In this document: piece after piece, positions 41,734-52,208 of the stretch
How positions within the stretch are numbered: the stretch's first letter is position 1
How the letters are laid out: the number at the start of each line of letters is the position of its first letter
Source: a virus
Lineage: Duplodnaviria; Caudoviricetes
Length of the DNA: 64,000 nucleotides
Virus record (IMG/VR): IMGVR_UViG_3300032167_000004
Coordinates: 128,001 to 192,000 of that record
Direction: 5' to 3' (one strand)
Translations under genes and position numbers: made by a program
Notes under the pieces: generated by a model
What the model was told of the DNA's origin: nothing
What the model saw: the letters and a program-made list of their open reading frames with translations, nothing else
Database searches by the model: none

Positions 41734-41753
41734 TATAGGAAGGTGAAATTAAG

Positions 41754-42221
41754 ATGCCTTTACATATAAATACTAAAGAATATATGACCAACGTTGTTAT
41801 CGATAGAGGTTTATCTAATATCAATATTAAAAATATTGATATTAGACCTGGTAAAGTTTCAATAGACTCTGTTGGTAATAAATTAGAAGCAGCTTCATCT
41901 ACGGAATTCTTATCAATTTTCACTAGTGATGGAAATATAACACCAAATGATGTTACATTAAATAAAATAGCATATAGTAATGGTAAAAAAATTATTGGTT
42001 CTGCTCAATCAACTATAAATGACTATACCAATTTAATTAATGGTACAATAGTAGAACGTGTAGTGTCACAAAATACTATAATATCAGTTGGTGAATTTGT
42101 ATACGTATTACCTGATACCAATGTGACAACATATAGAATTAATACAGCTATAAGTGGTATTGCTCTTCAAGCTGGATCAGCTGGTGATGTTATTAAAATA
42201 GTTATACCTAATCAAAATTAA
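41754..42221 (+). CDS. Tail-associated protein, short paralog of 40129-41733
   Basis: DGNITPNDVTLNKIAYSNG, ISVGEFV, GIALQAGSAGDVIKI. Confidence 0.55.
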   Translation: MPLHINTKEYMTNVVIDRGLSNINIKNIDIRPGKVSIDSVGNKLEAASSTEFLSIFTSDGNITPNDVTLNKIAYSNGKKIIGSAQSTINDYTNLINGTIVERVVSQNTIISVGEFVYVLPDTNVTTYRINTAISGIALQAGSAGDVIKIVIPNQN

Positions 42222-42225
42222 AAAT

Positions 42226-42259
42226 AATAGAGATAACGGAATATTCCGTTATCTCTATT
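42226..42259. terminator. Palindromic bidirectional terminator
   Basis: AATAGAGATAACGGAATATTCCGTTATCTCTATT between convergent genes. Confidence 0.7.
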
Positions 42260-43432
42260 TTATAAAGCTATTATTAAAAATTTCTTTGCTCTTGTTATTG
42301 CAGTATATAATACCTTACATCTGAAATCAGCAGTACCATAAGGTTCATTATAAATAAATACTTTATCAAATTCACTACCTTGAACTTTATGAGTTGTTGC
42401 CGCATAACCATACTCAAATTTATCATAGAAACTTCTTTTACCAGTTCTATCTTCTGGTTTAGCTATTAAATTAGCATAATCTATTTTTACTTTTTTAAAA
42501 TAATCATCTTTTATAAAATCTGGCTGAAAATCTATTGTTAAACTTCTACCATTATAAGTATCTAAATATACATCTTTAACAAAACCAGTCATACCATTTA
42601 TTAAATAAATATCATTACTAATACATCTATTCCAATTATTTTGTGTACACATTAACTTTTCCCCTATTTTAGGAAATTCAGTATCAATCTTTAATATATC
42701 ATGACGTATATGATTATTTAATTCTGCTCTAGTTTTATTTCTTCCACAAATAACAACATCAGATTTAATTAACATATTATCTGTAATCATAGATTTATCA
42801 ATTACATAACAGTTATTTCCATATTTACCTATTTTAATAGGTTTACCATGCATAGCTCTTTGTGCTAAATAAATAATAGGAGAATCTAATGCTTGTCTCA
42901 TTGGTTTAGTTAATGTAGCATCTGGTTTAACTAAGAAAAATCTTTCACCAAATACAGGATCCAACTGATTATTATCTCCTAATGCAATTATAGGGATATC
43001 AAATGATAATAAATCTAATGCTAATTTTTCAGGGACCATGCCTGCTTCATCAACTACTATTAATTTAATATCACCATATAATCTAGCTTTTTTCATAAAT
43101 TCTGTAATCATAACAATTCTATTATTAACTAATATAGGATTACCATTTTCATCATATTTAGGAACTTCAACAGCATCATATATTGCACTATGAATTGTTT
43201 TAGCATTATTTCCTTTTTGAGATAAAACTAATGCGGCTTTACCAACATATGCCACAAATAAAACATCAGAATGATCTAATCCTAATTCATCTATGAGATA
43301 GTATACAATTGTAGACTTTCCCGAGCCGGCGCAACCAGAAATCTCGAATACTTGCTTATCTTGTTTTTTCCACCATTTTTTTGCTCGCCGTATAGCTTCT
43401 TCTTGTTCATTGGTAAATTCCATATATTTCAC
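42260..43432 (-). CDS. dda: SF1B helicase (Dda/RecD-like)
   Basis: GCAGSGKS, VVDEAGMV, GDNNQLDPV, MRQA, YAATTHKVQGSEF, LYTAITRA. Confidence 0.85.
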   Translation of the reverse strand: MKYMEFTNEQEEAIRRAKKWWKKQDKQVFEISGCAGSGKSTIVYYLIDELGLDHSDVLFVAYVGKAALVLSQKGNNAKTIHSAIYDAVEVPKYDENGNPILVNNRIVMITEFMKKARLYGDIKLIVVDEAGMVPEKLALDLLSFDIPIIALGDNNQLDPVFGERFFLVKPDATLTKPMRQALDSPIIYLAQRAMHGKPIKIGKYGNNCYVIDKSMITDNMLIKSDVVICGRNKTRAELNNHIRHDILKIDTEFPKIGEKLMCTQNNWNRCISNDIYLINGMTGFVKDVYLDTYNGRSLTIDFQPDFIKDDYFKKVKIDYANLIAKPEDRTGKRSFYDKFEYGYAATTHKVQGSEFDKVFIYNEPYGTADFRCKVLYTAITRAKKFLIIAL

Positions 43433-43519
43433 CTACTCTTATTAATATTACCCAAATGTTAATTGAGAAATTATAATAAATATTCAAAAAAACATTTGTG
43501 TAATAAAGTAAAAGGGAGT

Positions 43520-43885
43520 ATGAATATTATGGCTGTAAATACTTCAGATATGGATATAAATTTAAATGAATACTGTGTATTACAAGGTACTCAATATTAT
43601 AATAATAATTATTTAAATATAAAAATTCCTAAATTAATGACTGATGTAACTTCTCCTATGATAGAAACATTTAATAGAAATATTTTAGTTAATTCTCCTA
43701 ATTGTAAACCTAGTATTGATAATAGTATACGGGTTAAGGATTATATTTCAGTAAAACGTTCATCTCAATGTAACTTATCAACTAATATAATTGATGAACA
43801 CGGTAATATTCCTAATGGCTTAGGATTAATATGCTCATGTGTAAATAATAATTATAGGAATATGATCGTTATAGACTCAATTTAA
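43520..43885 (+). CDS. Hypothetical late protein (baseplate region)
   Basis: Likely start near 43520-43529 after RBS AAGGGAG and AACA-N6-TA (43491-43502). Confidence 0.55.
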   Translation: MNIMAVNTSDMDINLNEYCVLQGTQYYNNNYLNIKIPKLMTDVTSPMIETFNRNILVNSPNCKPSIDNSIRVKDYISVKRSSQCNLSTNIIDEHGNIPNGLGLICSCVNNNYRNMIVIDSI

Positions 43886-43908
43886 TATAGAAAGATTGGT
43901 GATATAAT

Positions 43909-44337
43909 TTGAAAGCAGGTATAAATAATTATACAACTATGCAATCTTTATCTGAATATGAAGATCAATTAAATATTTCATATAATAAGTTATTCTTAAA
44001 ATCTCTTGTTGATTCTGAAGATAATGTTTTAATCGTCAATAGTACATCATTGGCTAATAAATATTATGATTATATACAAAATGGTATTATTTCATTAGAA
44101 TTAACAGATAAAGAATATATGAAATATAGATTTCAACCTAAGATGTTCTGTAATGATATTTATGGAACTACTGAATTATGGGGATTATTATTAAAGATTA
44201 ATAATTTTAATAGTATTGCTGAATTTAATCGTAAAAAAATAAAAGTGTTTGGTAATAATATTTTTAACGTATTAAATGAAATATTAATTAATGAAAAAGA
44301 GAATATATTAAAAAATAATGAAAGTGTGGGAATCTAA
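43909..44337 (+). CDS. Baseplate wedge gp53-like / LysM-like protein
   Basis: YRFQPKMFCNDIYGTTELWGLLLKINN, resembling RPDxxSxxxYGxxxxWWxILxxN. Confidence 0.6.
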   Translation: MKAGINNYTTMQSLSEYEDQLNISYNKLFLKSLVDSEDNVLIVNSTSLANKYYDYIQNGIISLELTDKEYMKYRFQPKMFCNDIYGTTELWGLLLKINNFNSIAEFNRKKIKVFGNNIFNVLNEILINEKENILKNNESVGI

Positions 44338-44489
44338 TGTCCTTATCTGTAACTAATAAATTATTAGCATCAGCAATAGAACACAATATTATGAAAGCTA
44401 ATATGACTCAAGAACAAAAGATTGAGTATATAAAGAAAAAATATAATTTAACCCATGGTAAAGGTAAAAGAAAAAAGAATAAGAAATAA
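44337..44489 (+). CDS. Small basic protein (50 aa), not in ORF track
   Basis: TAATG overlap with the upstream stop; MSLSVTNKLLASAIEHN...GKGKRKKNKK. Confidence 0.45.
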   Translation: MSLSVTNKLLASAIEHNIMKANMTQEQKIEYIKKKYNLTHGKGKRKKNKK

Positions 44490-44522
44490 GAGAATATGTG
44501 GAATTCCACATATTCTCTTTTA

Positions 44523-45420
44523 TTAATATATTTTTTCAAGGTTTTCTGGTTTAATAGCAGCAGTAATATATTTACCAACCCCTATAACAACTCTATCTCC
44601 TGTTATACTAATTACATCATATGTATCATAATGTAATGTAAATTTTTTACCATAATAATCAGTAGGATTTATAACCTTGACTTTATCACCAGCTTCAATT
44701 CTGGTAGATTTTATAGATGTATTTCCATGTACAATAAATGCATCAGTAAATCCAGCTTCATGTAATTTTTTCAATAAAGATTCTGCATTAATCTTTGATG
44801 AATAAGCACCAACTTGAACTTTATAGATACTATCACTAGTCACTGTATTACCACCTGTCATTTTATTTTTAACGTCATTTCTAAATGTATCCATAGTATA
44901 TGGTAAACCTAATTGTTTCCATAGATGTTCTGGATCTCCGTGATTTGATGCTAGACCTTTTTTATATCCTTCACTATGAGAAAGAATTACATCTTTTCCT
45001 AAAGGATTTAATTTATAATCTTTACATAATTTAGCAAATAATTCAACAGCAGAATTATAAGTTCTGATAACCATTCGTTTAGCTTTATCTTTATCAGAAC
45101 ATGTAAACGATGAACCTTTAGTATATTTTATACAATTAGGTTCACATATTTCTACTCCTATATGTGTATTATTAGATGAACCACCTGAATGCCAACCTCT
45201 ATGATTCCAAGGTAAGCATTGATACACATTTCCATTATTTGCGTCTATAAAGGCATGAACGCAAGCACTAGTATGGTTAGGGATGGTCCCAATTCTTAAT
45301 AAATACCTCTGCAGAAGGTTGAGGACAACCAACTGAATGAAGCATTAATCCTTTAATACTAATTGTACGTTTTTCTTTATAACATGGATTTTTAGTTAAA
45401 TAACTTTTAACTATTTGCAT
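44523..45420 (-). CDS. Endolysin: Amidase_2 N-acetylmuramoyl-L-alanine amidase + SPOR + C-terminal binding domain, split by a +1 frameshift at CCC-TAA
   Basis: Frame 1 from ATG 45420 reads MQIVKSYLTKNPCY..LMLHSVGCPQP..NWDHP*; the +1 frame continues NHTSACVHAFID..WHSG..GVEIC..SHSEG..HGDP; YKVQVGAYS (SPOR). Confidence 0.85.
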
Positions 45421-45530
45421 TACACATAACATCCTTTACTTTATTGATTAAATTATGTTTTGATTATCGTTTTGTTTATTTTAATAAAAAATATAGAGAT
45501 ATATGGATTTCCCATATATCTCTATAAAAA

Positions 45531-45974
45531 TTATCTATTACCTAATCTAGAATTAATATGTCTAATCATATCTTCTTCTAACTTATATTTATTATTGTCA
45601 GTGAATAATAATTTCATAAATGAACTAACCATATATTCTTGAATCAGTGTTCTATAGTTATCTTTAATATACTGGGCAATTTCATCTGCAATAGGTTTAA
45701 AATATTTCTCAGTATCGATATTCTGCATTGCAGATTTTAATAATTCAGTAGGTTCATATTTATATGAATAACCGTCTATATCCCTTATTTGTGTTACTAA
45801 AATACAACTACTAGAGTCATAAATCGGATGTTGTTTATCCCTAATCAATGCAACTTCTACAGCTTTAAGAAGTATTTCTTGCATTTGTTCTTTAGGTAAT
45901 TCATTGATATTATCTACACAAAGTTTCTTAAAATCTTCATCAGATACATCAATATTAATAGTTAAAGTTGCCAT
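45531..45974 (-). CDS. Hypothetical protein
   Basis: 147 aa; abuts the upstream gene (TAA-ATG). Confidence 0.6.
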   Translation of the reverse strand: MATLTINIDVSDEDFKKLCVDNINELPKEQMQEILLKAVEVALIRDKQHPIYDSSSCILVTQIRDIDGYSYKYEPTELLKSAMQNIDTEKYFKPIADEIAQYIKDNYRTLIQEYMVSSFMKLLFTDNNKYKLEEDMIRHINSRLGNR

Positions 45975-46181
45975 TTAATATTTCCCCTTATTTGTAATAA
46001 TAGTTTGATTTGAGTATAATAATTCAGGTTTTAATGTATATTGTGTTGCATTTGTAGTATTACTGTATCCACCGAATTTATCATATTGATCTTTTATTTC
46101 AGGATGTATACATGCAGTATACATACAATATCCCATAGAATTTCTACAATTACAATGAACTACATTACATATCATAATCAA
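45975..46181 (-). CDS. Small Cys-rich protein
   Basis: CNVVHCNC..GYCMYTAC; part of a tightly packed operon. Confidence 0.55.
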   Translation of the reverse strand: MIMICNVVHCNCRNSMGYCMYTACIHPEIKDQYDKFGGYSNTTNATQYTLKPELLYSNQTIITNKGKY

Positions 46182-46817
46182 TCATCCTTCAGTATAGGTT
46201 ATTTTATCAGAAATTTTAGGTGAATTTGTGATAGTACTACCCATAACTGCATCATCAGTAACACTTCCAGATATACTTAAATCAATATTATTAATTTCAG
46301 TATGTGGAATAGTTGCAATTCTAGTAATATCATTAAGTGTTACACTGTCTGTTTTATTACTTTTATTCTGAGAATTAGTTAAAGCTTTATTTACAAGATA
46401 ATCATGATATGCTTCTTGTACAACTTTATCAGGTTCTTTATGTTCTGTGTAATATTCTATAGTAAGAAGAGTTGATTCATTATATTTATTAAAACCATCC
46501 TTTTTAATTAAAATTTTATAATGATTATCAAGTAATACTTTTAAAGCATTAACTAATGAATCAAATCCTTTTACTGTAATAGAACCTGCTTTAATATCTT
46601 TTTCTTTATCAGCATATATTTCATTATTAATTGGTCTTATACGATTTTCATAATTTAATCGTTGTTCTTTAGTTATATTACATTCATCACCGAAATAATG
46701 ATATTCACCAGTAATTTCACATTTACATTTTGCAGGATTAGATGTATACACCATACCATCACTAAATGAACAGTCAGTATGACAATATCGATTTCCAATA
46801 GTATTATAAACGCCCAT
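46182..46817 (-). CDS. Hypothetical protein with N-terminal Cys motif
   Basis: CHTDC..YTSNPAKCKC; RBS AAGGAG. Confidence 0.6.
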   Translation of the reverse strand: MGVYNTIGNRYCHTDCSFSDGMVYTSNPAKCKCEITGEYHYFGDECNITKEQRLNYENRIRPINNEIYADKEKDIKAGSITVKGFDSLVNALKVLLDNHYKILIKKDGFNKYNESTLLTIEYYTEHKEPDKVVQEAYHDYLVNKALTNSQNKSNKTDSVTLNDITRIATIPHTEINNIDLSISGSVTDDAVMGSTITNSPKISDKITYTEG

Positions 46818-46835
46818 AAATATTCTCCTTTAAGA

Positions 46836-48485
46836 TTAAGTCTTAGTTCCTAAAGATTTACCAAACATAAATAAATCTTCATCAGTATTAATTGTTTCTC
46901 TTTCTACAGCATTTCTCTTACCTTTTTTAGCACCTAAATCAACAGCATCAAAATCAGCCACAAGACTATCTTCAGATAATGAATGATCTAAATAAATATC
47001 ATCTAATAATTGCATTTTATTATTAGGATTAAATGGATGATTAAAATAAGTTAAATCACTCATATCTTTATATCTAATCTTAACACGTTTGAAGGTTAAA
47101 TATTGCTGTCCAGTTTGTCTTTTCTTTTCTACATTAAGGATAATCAATACGTCTGCATTTTCTACGAGCTCCCAACTAGATCCTATATTAGCTCTACCAA
47201 GGAACTTTGCTAAATCTTCTTTATTTGCTTGTAATGCAGCATCAACAGTAGCTGCAGCTGCTCTATTTAACTGATGAGCTGTAACAACAGGAATATCATA
47301 ATGAATAGCCAAAGATTTTAATTCATTAGAAATATTTTTAAGTTCTTCTTTCTCATCTCTACCTTTTTCAGTAGGACGAATTCTTTTAATATAATCTAAT
47401 GAAAGCATAATAACTTCTTTACCATCATCAGATAAATCATCAATAATTGTATATAAATCTTCTGTATTAATTGCTCTATTAGGATAATATCTAATAACAA
47501 CATCAATACCATTATCTGTACCAATAGTAAATTCTTTGGTTTCTTTAATCATCTTTATAACCTGTTTAGGTGTATAATTTCTAATATTTCCGTCTAAAGA
47601 CATATTGAATAATCTTTCAACAGTCTCAATAACTTCATTCTCCATAGTGATTAATAATGCACATGGTTGTTTACCAGGTTTCTTAACCTGTATATCATTA
47701 TTATACAATTTGGTGTCTCTGATAACTTTAAGAAGCATACCTGATTTCCAGCCACCGGCTAGACCTACAAAGATATAAAGTCTACTACTTAAGAATCCTG
47801 GAGAAAGAATTTCATTTAATTTCTGAATACCTGTTTTAATAACTCTAGAAGGATTCTGTAACTTAGTAACAATATCCATCATATTAGTTTCAAAGTTTTC
47901 ATCAGATAATGAAAACTGTTCAACAGTATCCAAGCTTTTACTATTTCTAACTCTATTAATTAACTCTGTACAAATAGAAGTTAGTTTATTATTAATTTCA
48001 TAGAAAGACTTATAATCACCACTATCTAATCTTTCAATTGTTTCATATATAGCATCTTTATAATAATAAAGATAATAATACTGTAATCTATCTTCAATAC
48101 ACTTATTAATATATTTAATCTCTTCATAATTAATTCGTGTATATAATTGAATATTATTTATAATATCCTGATTTTCTTTATCATAAGTATCAGACTTACA
48201 ATAATTAATTATAACTTCATCTAATTCAAATCCTTTAACTAATTTAGCATCCAAAGCTTTATTAATAAATTCAATACGAGCTTCCATAGCATCATTATTT
48301 TCATAAATAGACTCATCAATGACATCAAATAAACGTTTCATGTTCATTAAGGATTTTCTTGTAATCTGAACAGATTTTTTAAATAAATAACCAATAAACA
48401 TGTTTAACATGCTTAAATCAAATTTAATAGGAATTTTTTTAGTCTGATCAATATATTTTTCTTTTTGATTTGTTTTAAATAACAT
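46836..48485 (-). CDS. dnaB: DnaB-like replicative helicase (jumbo-phage type)
   Basis: TGIQKLNEIL, GLAGGWKS (Walker A), ITMEN, LDYIKRI, TAHQLNR, ENAD; start reassigned to the ATG after RBS GAGGGGAG. Confidence 0.88.
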   Translation of the reverse strand: MLFKTNQKEKYIDQTKKIPIKFDLSMLNMFIGYLFKKSVQITRKSLMNMKRLFDVIDESIYENNDAMEARIEFINKALDAKLVKGFELDEVIINYCKSDTYDKENQDIINNIQLYTRINYEEIKYINKCIEDRLQYYYLYYYKDAIYETIERLDSGDYKSFYEINNKLTSICTELINRVRNSKSLDTVEQFSLSDENFETNMMDIVTKLQNPSRVIKTGIQKLNEILSPGFLSSRLYIFVGLAGGWKSGMLLKVIRDTKLYNNDIQVKKPGKQPCALLITMENEVIETVERLFNMSLDGNIRNYTPKQVIKMIKETKEFTIGTDNGIDVVIRYYPNRAINTEDLYTIIDDLSDDGKEVIMLSLDYIKRIRPTEKGRDEKEELKNISNELKSLAIHYDIPVVTAHQLNRAAAATVDAALQANKEDLAKFLGRANIGSSWELVENADVLIILNVEKKRQTGQQYLTFKRVKIRYKDMSDLTYFNHPFNPNNKMQLLDDIYLDHSLSEDSLVADFDAVDLGAKKGKRNAVERETINTDEDLFMFGKSLGTKT

Positions 48486-48577
48486 TATATAATGATCTCC
48501 CCTCTTATACTGAAAAATCAATGTCTGTATATGGAATTCCATATACAGACATTTTATCTATTTAAATAATTGTATAA

Positions 48578-48928
48578 TCAATTATTATTTTCAATATTAT
48601 AAGTATTATCTAAAACAAATAAATTATATTTATCTTTAAATAAATTATAAATATTTAAGGCATCACTCAAATTAAATATTTTTGTCATAGTATCCCTAGT
48701 TAGTTTACGACTAATAATCATTTGTTTAAATTCTTTAGGTTTTATATGGGAATTTTCATCAATAGTAATTAATGCGATTTTAATAGTACCATTTTGAAAA
48801 AATGGATAAATACATCCATATAAATCAGGAATAGGAATATTTCCTATAAATTTTTCCATATATACAGGAATTTCCATAGTAATAGAACTGAAAAATGCTT
48901 CATAATTTTTCACATCATATTTGATCAT
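48578..48928 (-). CDS. Hypothetical protein
   Basis: Likely start MIKYDVK after RBS GAGGAG. Confidence 0.55.
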   Translation of the reverse strand: MIKYDVKNYEAFFSSITMEIPVYMEKFIGNIPIPDLYGCIYPFFQNGTIKIALITIDENSHIKPKEFKQMIISRKLTRDTMTKIFNLSDALNIYNLFKDKYNLFVLDNTYNIENNN

Positions 48929-48995
48929 ATTATTTCTCCTCTTAAAATAAAAATGGTATGAGGTCATATGACCTCATACCATTAAAATAAATATT

Positions 48996-50207
48996 TTAAA
49001 TAGACGGGGTAGCGATAACAGGTAAATGATTCTTACCATCAATAATAATAGTAGGCTTATTAGTATCATTAAAGATCATTTCTTTACCACCATCATATAA
49101 ATAACATAACTGACCAGCAGGTTTAGAAGTATTATTTACCTCAATAGTAATACCTGCAAAGGACTTAGTATCAGCACCGTAAGGTTGTACTATGAATAAA
49201 CCTTGCCATTCAGGATCAGCATCAGTCTCAACATAAGTGTTATCGTTCATTTCAATAACAACATTATTAGGTTCATCCTTAAAACCGAAACGAACCATAT
49301 TTTTAGATTCAACACAGTAGTTACCATTAATTTCAATAATTGCATTATCTTCAACTCTATACAGAGATAACTGATTATGAGTACAGCAACCCTTTTCAAA
49401 ACGGTTATCATTGAAAGAGGAACCATTCTTTAAAGAACCAGCAATTTCAATAATATTATAACAATTTTGATTCTCTTTACCGAAAACGTTATTATCAATA
49501 TGAACCTTTACAGGAGTACCCTCATTATTAATAATAATAGGACTAGTCTTAGATTCAAAATTATGATCGGTATAGACACAATTTTCCATGGTAAATTCAG
49601 ATACATTATTAACATTAATTTTAGAATTACCAGTTAAGAATAAACCATCCAACACAACACAAACTTTTTCAGTTTCTACAGCTCTAGTAGCAGGCTGACC
49701 ATTGATCTTGATATCACCCTTAATGATAGCACCATTTTCACTGATAATCTTAATAGATTTATTAATATTTAAATCAGCTTCATAAGTACCAGCCAGTAAT
49801 TCAATAACAGCACCATCTTCTGCTTCATTAATAACATCAGCTAACTGAGTATAATGAGAATCAGCACCAATCTTGATAGCACCTTCATTAGCCTGAATTT
49901 CTGCAATATCGACAATAGAACCGATAGAAATCTGCTGTAATTCAGCATCAAATTCCTCAGACATGTCAACTACAATAGAAGTGATATTTAATAAATTAGA
50001 AATATAAGGCTCAGGTAAACACATATGTGCAGGGGTGCTATTTTTAGCATTTGCGTTAATAACTCGAATTGCACCATCTACAGTATTGGTATCAGTACCA
50101 TTTCTGTATGTTAAACCCTTAACAATGTCACCTTCACGTAAGGTAACAATTCGACCATTAGCAAGTTTAAAAGAAACAGCAATTTTTGCTACAGTATTAG
50201 TTGCCAT
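48996..50207 (-). CDS. Late protein with parallel beta-helix (pectin-lyase-like) domain
   Basis: YTQLADVINEAEDGAVIELLAGTYEADLNINKSIKI helix cap and Asn ladders; late motif 50234-50245. Confidence 0.6.
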   Translation of the reverse strand: MATNTVAKIAVSFKLANGRIVTLREGDIVKGLTYRNGTDTNTVDGAIRVINANAKNSTPAHMCLPEPYISNLLNITSIVVDMSEEFDAELQQISIGSIVDIAEIQANEGAIKIGADSHYTQLADVINEAEDGAVIELLAGTYEADLNINKSIKIISENGAIIKGDIKINGQPATRAVETEKVCVVLDGLFLTGNSKINVNNVSEFTMENCVYTDHNFESKTSPIIINNEGTPVKVHIDNNVFGKENQNCYNIIEIAGSLKNGSSFNDNRFEKGCCTHNQLSLYRVEDNAIIEINGNYCVESKNMVRFGFKDEPNNVVIEMNDNTYVETDADPEWQGLFIVQPYGADTKSFAGITIEVNNTSKPAGQLCYLYDGGKEMIFNDTNKPTIIIDGKNHLPVIATPSI

Positions 50208-50257
50208 AATATATAAACTCCTTTCATTTATATTATAAAAATGTTTATAAACGATAT

Positions 50258-51424
50258 TTACTTAAAATTAATCTTTTGATATAAATAATTTCTCATGTCA
50301 TCAATACTTATATCTTTATTATATTTAAGTTTGATAAATCTTGTTAATTTTTCTTCCGGTGGAGTAGTTTTATCAAAAATAAAATCATATTTTGATAATA
50401 ATAATTTGATTTTATCTTCCATTTCTTTTTTCTTTTTATTTTCTTTACTATTATTATTAATAACTACTTTTATATGTTTATATTTAGAGAATATGTCATT
50501 AATTAAATTAGTTAATAAAATTGGATTCTCATAAGTTTCAGGAATATTAAAAATAATTCGTATTCTATCAACATTTAAATTCTCAACCATTCTAATAATA
50601 TAATCCATTTGTTGATTTTGATCATCTCTATAAAATGCACTATTATAATCAATAACCATGGTATTATATATAGGAGCGTTCTTATTTTCAATAAATTCAA
50701 CTTCATATTTTGAAGTTTCTGGTGTATAGGCACATATCATAAATCCTTTAGGTTCTTCTTCACCATACACCCAACGACTATATGAACCAACATAATAAAT
50801 TCTATCTTTAATACATTGAGATTTATGGATATGACCGAAAAATGCTGCAGATTTAGTAATATTTAAAATATCATCACTTTTAAATACTGGTGCTTTTTTC
50901 ATAGTAACTTCAGATGCTTGAGTTTTACCAACAAAAGCAACTTCAGAAAACATTCCATGACCATAAATCATATCATATGTTTTATTAAAATATTCATTAT
51001 AATAATCTTCTGTATCAATATATTCTTCAGGAATATATAACACTTTAAAATCCGGAAATAAATCTTCTTCTGTCACAGTTTCAATAATTTTAAAATCTAT
51101 ATTTAAATTAGAAAAGAATTTTAGTACATTTAATTGGTCATTGTCATGACTCAATGTACCTTTTAGAATTCTTAATTTACAATTTTTCTTCATACATATT
51201 TCCATAAGTTTCTTAAGAAACATGAACATATATTTTGTATGAGCTGAATTGAGATTTAATCTATTGTCAAATAAATCTCCAGCAATTACGATATAGTGTA
51301 ATAACTTTAAGGATTTAATATATTTTAAGAATCCCTTATCTAATTCATCATATAACTTATCAGCAGGCATTGCACCAAAATGTACGTCTGCTAATATAGC
51401 TCCAACATATACTGATTTTTCCAT
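50258..51424 (-). CDS. sbcD: SbcD/Mre11-like metallophosphoesterase nuclease
   Basis: ADVHFG, AGDLFD, GTLSHD, GHG, FGHIH, YVGS. Confidence 0.88.
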   Translation of the reverse strand: MEKSVYVGAILADVHFGAMPADKLYDELDKGFLKYIKSLKLLHYIVIAGDLFDNRLNLNSAHTKYMFMFLKKLMEICMKKNCKLRILKGTLSHDNDQLNVLKFFSNLNIDFKIIETVTEEDLFPDFKVLYIPEEYIDTEDYYNEYFNKTYDMIYGHGMFSEVAFVGKTQASEVTMKKAPVFKSDDILNITKSAAFFGHIHKSQCIKDRIYYVGSYSRWVYGEEEPKGFMICAYTPETSKYEVEFIENKNAPIYNTMVIDYNSAFYRDDQNQQMDYIIRMVENLNVDRIRIIFNIPETYENPILLTNLINDIFSKYKHIKVVINNNSKENKKKKEMEDKIKLLLSKYDFIFDKTTPPEEKLTRFIKLKYNKDISIDDMRNYLYQKINFK

Positions 51425-51442
51425 TAAAAATCACGTCCTAGT

Positions 51443-52111
51443 TTAATTTATTGGTTCTTTCCAATTATCATCATTGTTTATTTCATAATACGAATGAAAT
51501 ATATCAACCAATTTAGATACGAAATCTATATAAGGTTGTAATTTATCTCTTTGAATATATTTCTCATCTTTATATTTAGGATTAACTAATAATATTCCAA
51601 CTTGATCAACTTTATATCCTAACTCTTCCAATAGTATAGTATATAAAGCTAACTGAAAAAACATTGAGATGCGTATTTTCTTCGAAGTTTTGAAGTCTAG
51701 TATAGTATACTTATCATTAATTATTCCATAGAAATCTAAAGTTCCACCAAATTTATCTGAACTAATAGATTTTTCTAATAATATAGGAATTACTGTATTG
51801 GTTTTTAACCATATCTTAAATCTATTAATATAGGAACATAGAATATCTATGGGTACTCTACCATCATTAATATAAATAATATAATGATTTAATAAAATAC
51901 TATTAATTAAATCATGTACTATAGTTCCTAATGTAGATGCTTCATTTAATACAGAATCTACATGGAGATGATTAAATCCTAAATAATTAGCCCATTTTAC
52001 TAATTGAGGTTTATTCAAGATTTTTAATATTGTAGTAGCACTGGGGACTTCTTCTCCAAATTTATTAAAATACATTGTATGTTTATTATCTGTATTGAAT
52101 TTAGATTTCAA
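51443..52111 (-). CDS. PD-(D/E)XK exonuclease (Cas4/RecB-like)
   Basis: VPSATTIL, GTIVH, E..GGTLD, LDFKTS, QLALY; TTG start after RBS AAGGAG. Confidence 0.82.
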   Translation of the reverse strand: MKSKFNTDNKHTMYFNKFGEEVPSATTILKILNKPQLVKWANYLGFNHLHVDSVLNEASTLGTIVHDLINSILLNHYIIYINDGRVPIDILCSYINRFKIWLKTNTVIPILLEKSISSDKFGGTLDFYGIINDKYTILDFKTSKKIRISMFFQLALYTILLEELGYKVDQVGILLVNPKYKDEKYIQRDKLQPYIDFVSKLVDIFHSYYEINNDDNWKEPIN

Positions 52112-52208
52112 TGTATATTCACTCCTTATATTAAACTTATAATTATAATATATACTTAAAAAAATAATAAAAAAAATAAAGGGGTCAGTAATGACCCCTT
52201 TATTTAAT

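Noticed and set aside
44523-45332. ORF-track start of the amidase (MVVLNLLQ...)
   Set aside because: No RBS and it lacks the first Zn ligand; the real N-terminus is in another frame from 45420
51443-52111. Cas4 of a CRISPR adaptation module
   Set aside because: No Fe-S cysteine cluster and no cas1/cas2 or array; the SbcD context indicates a recombination exonuclease
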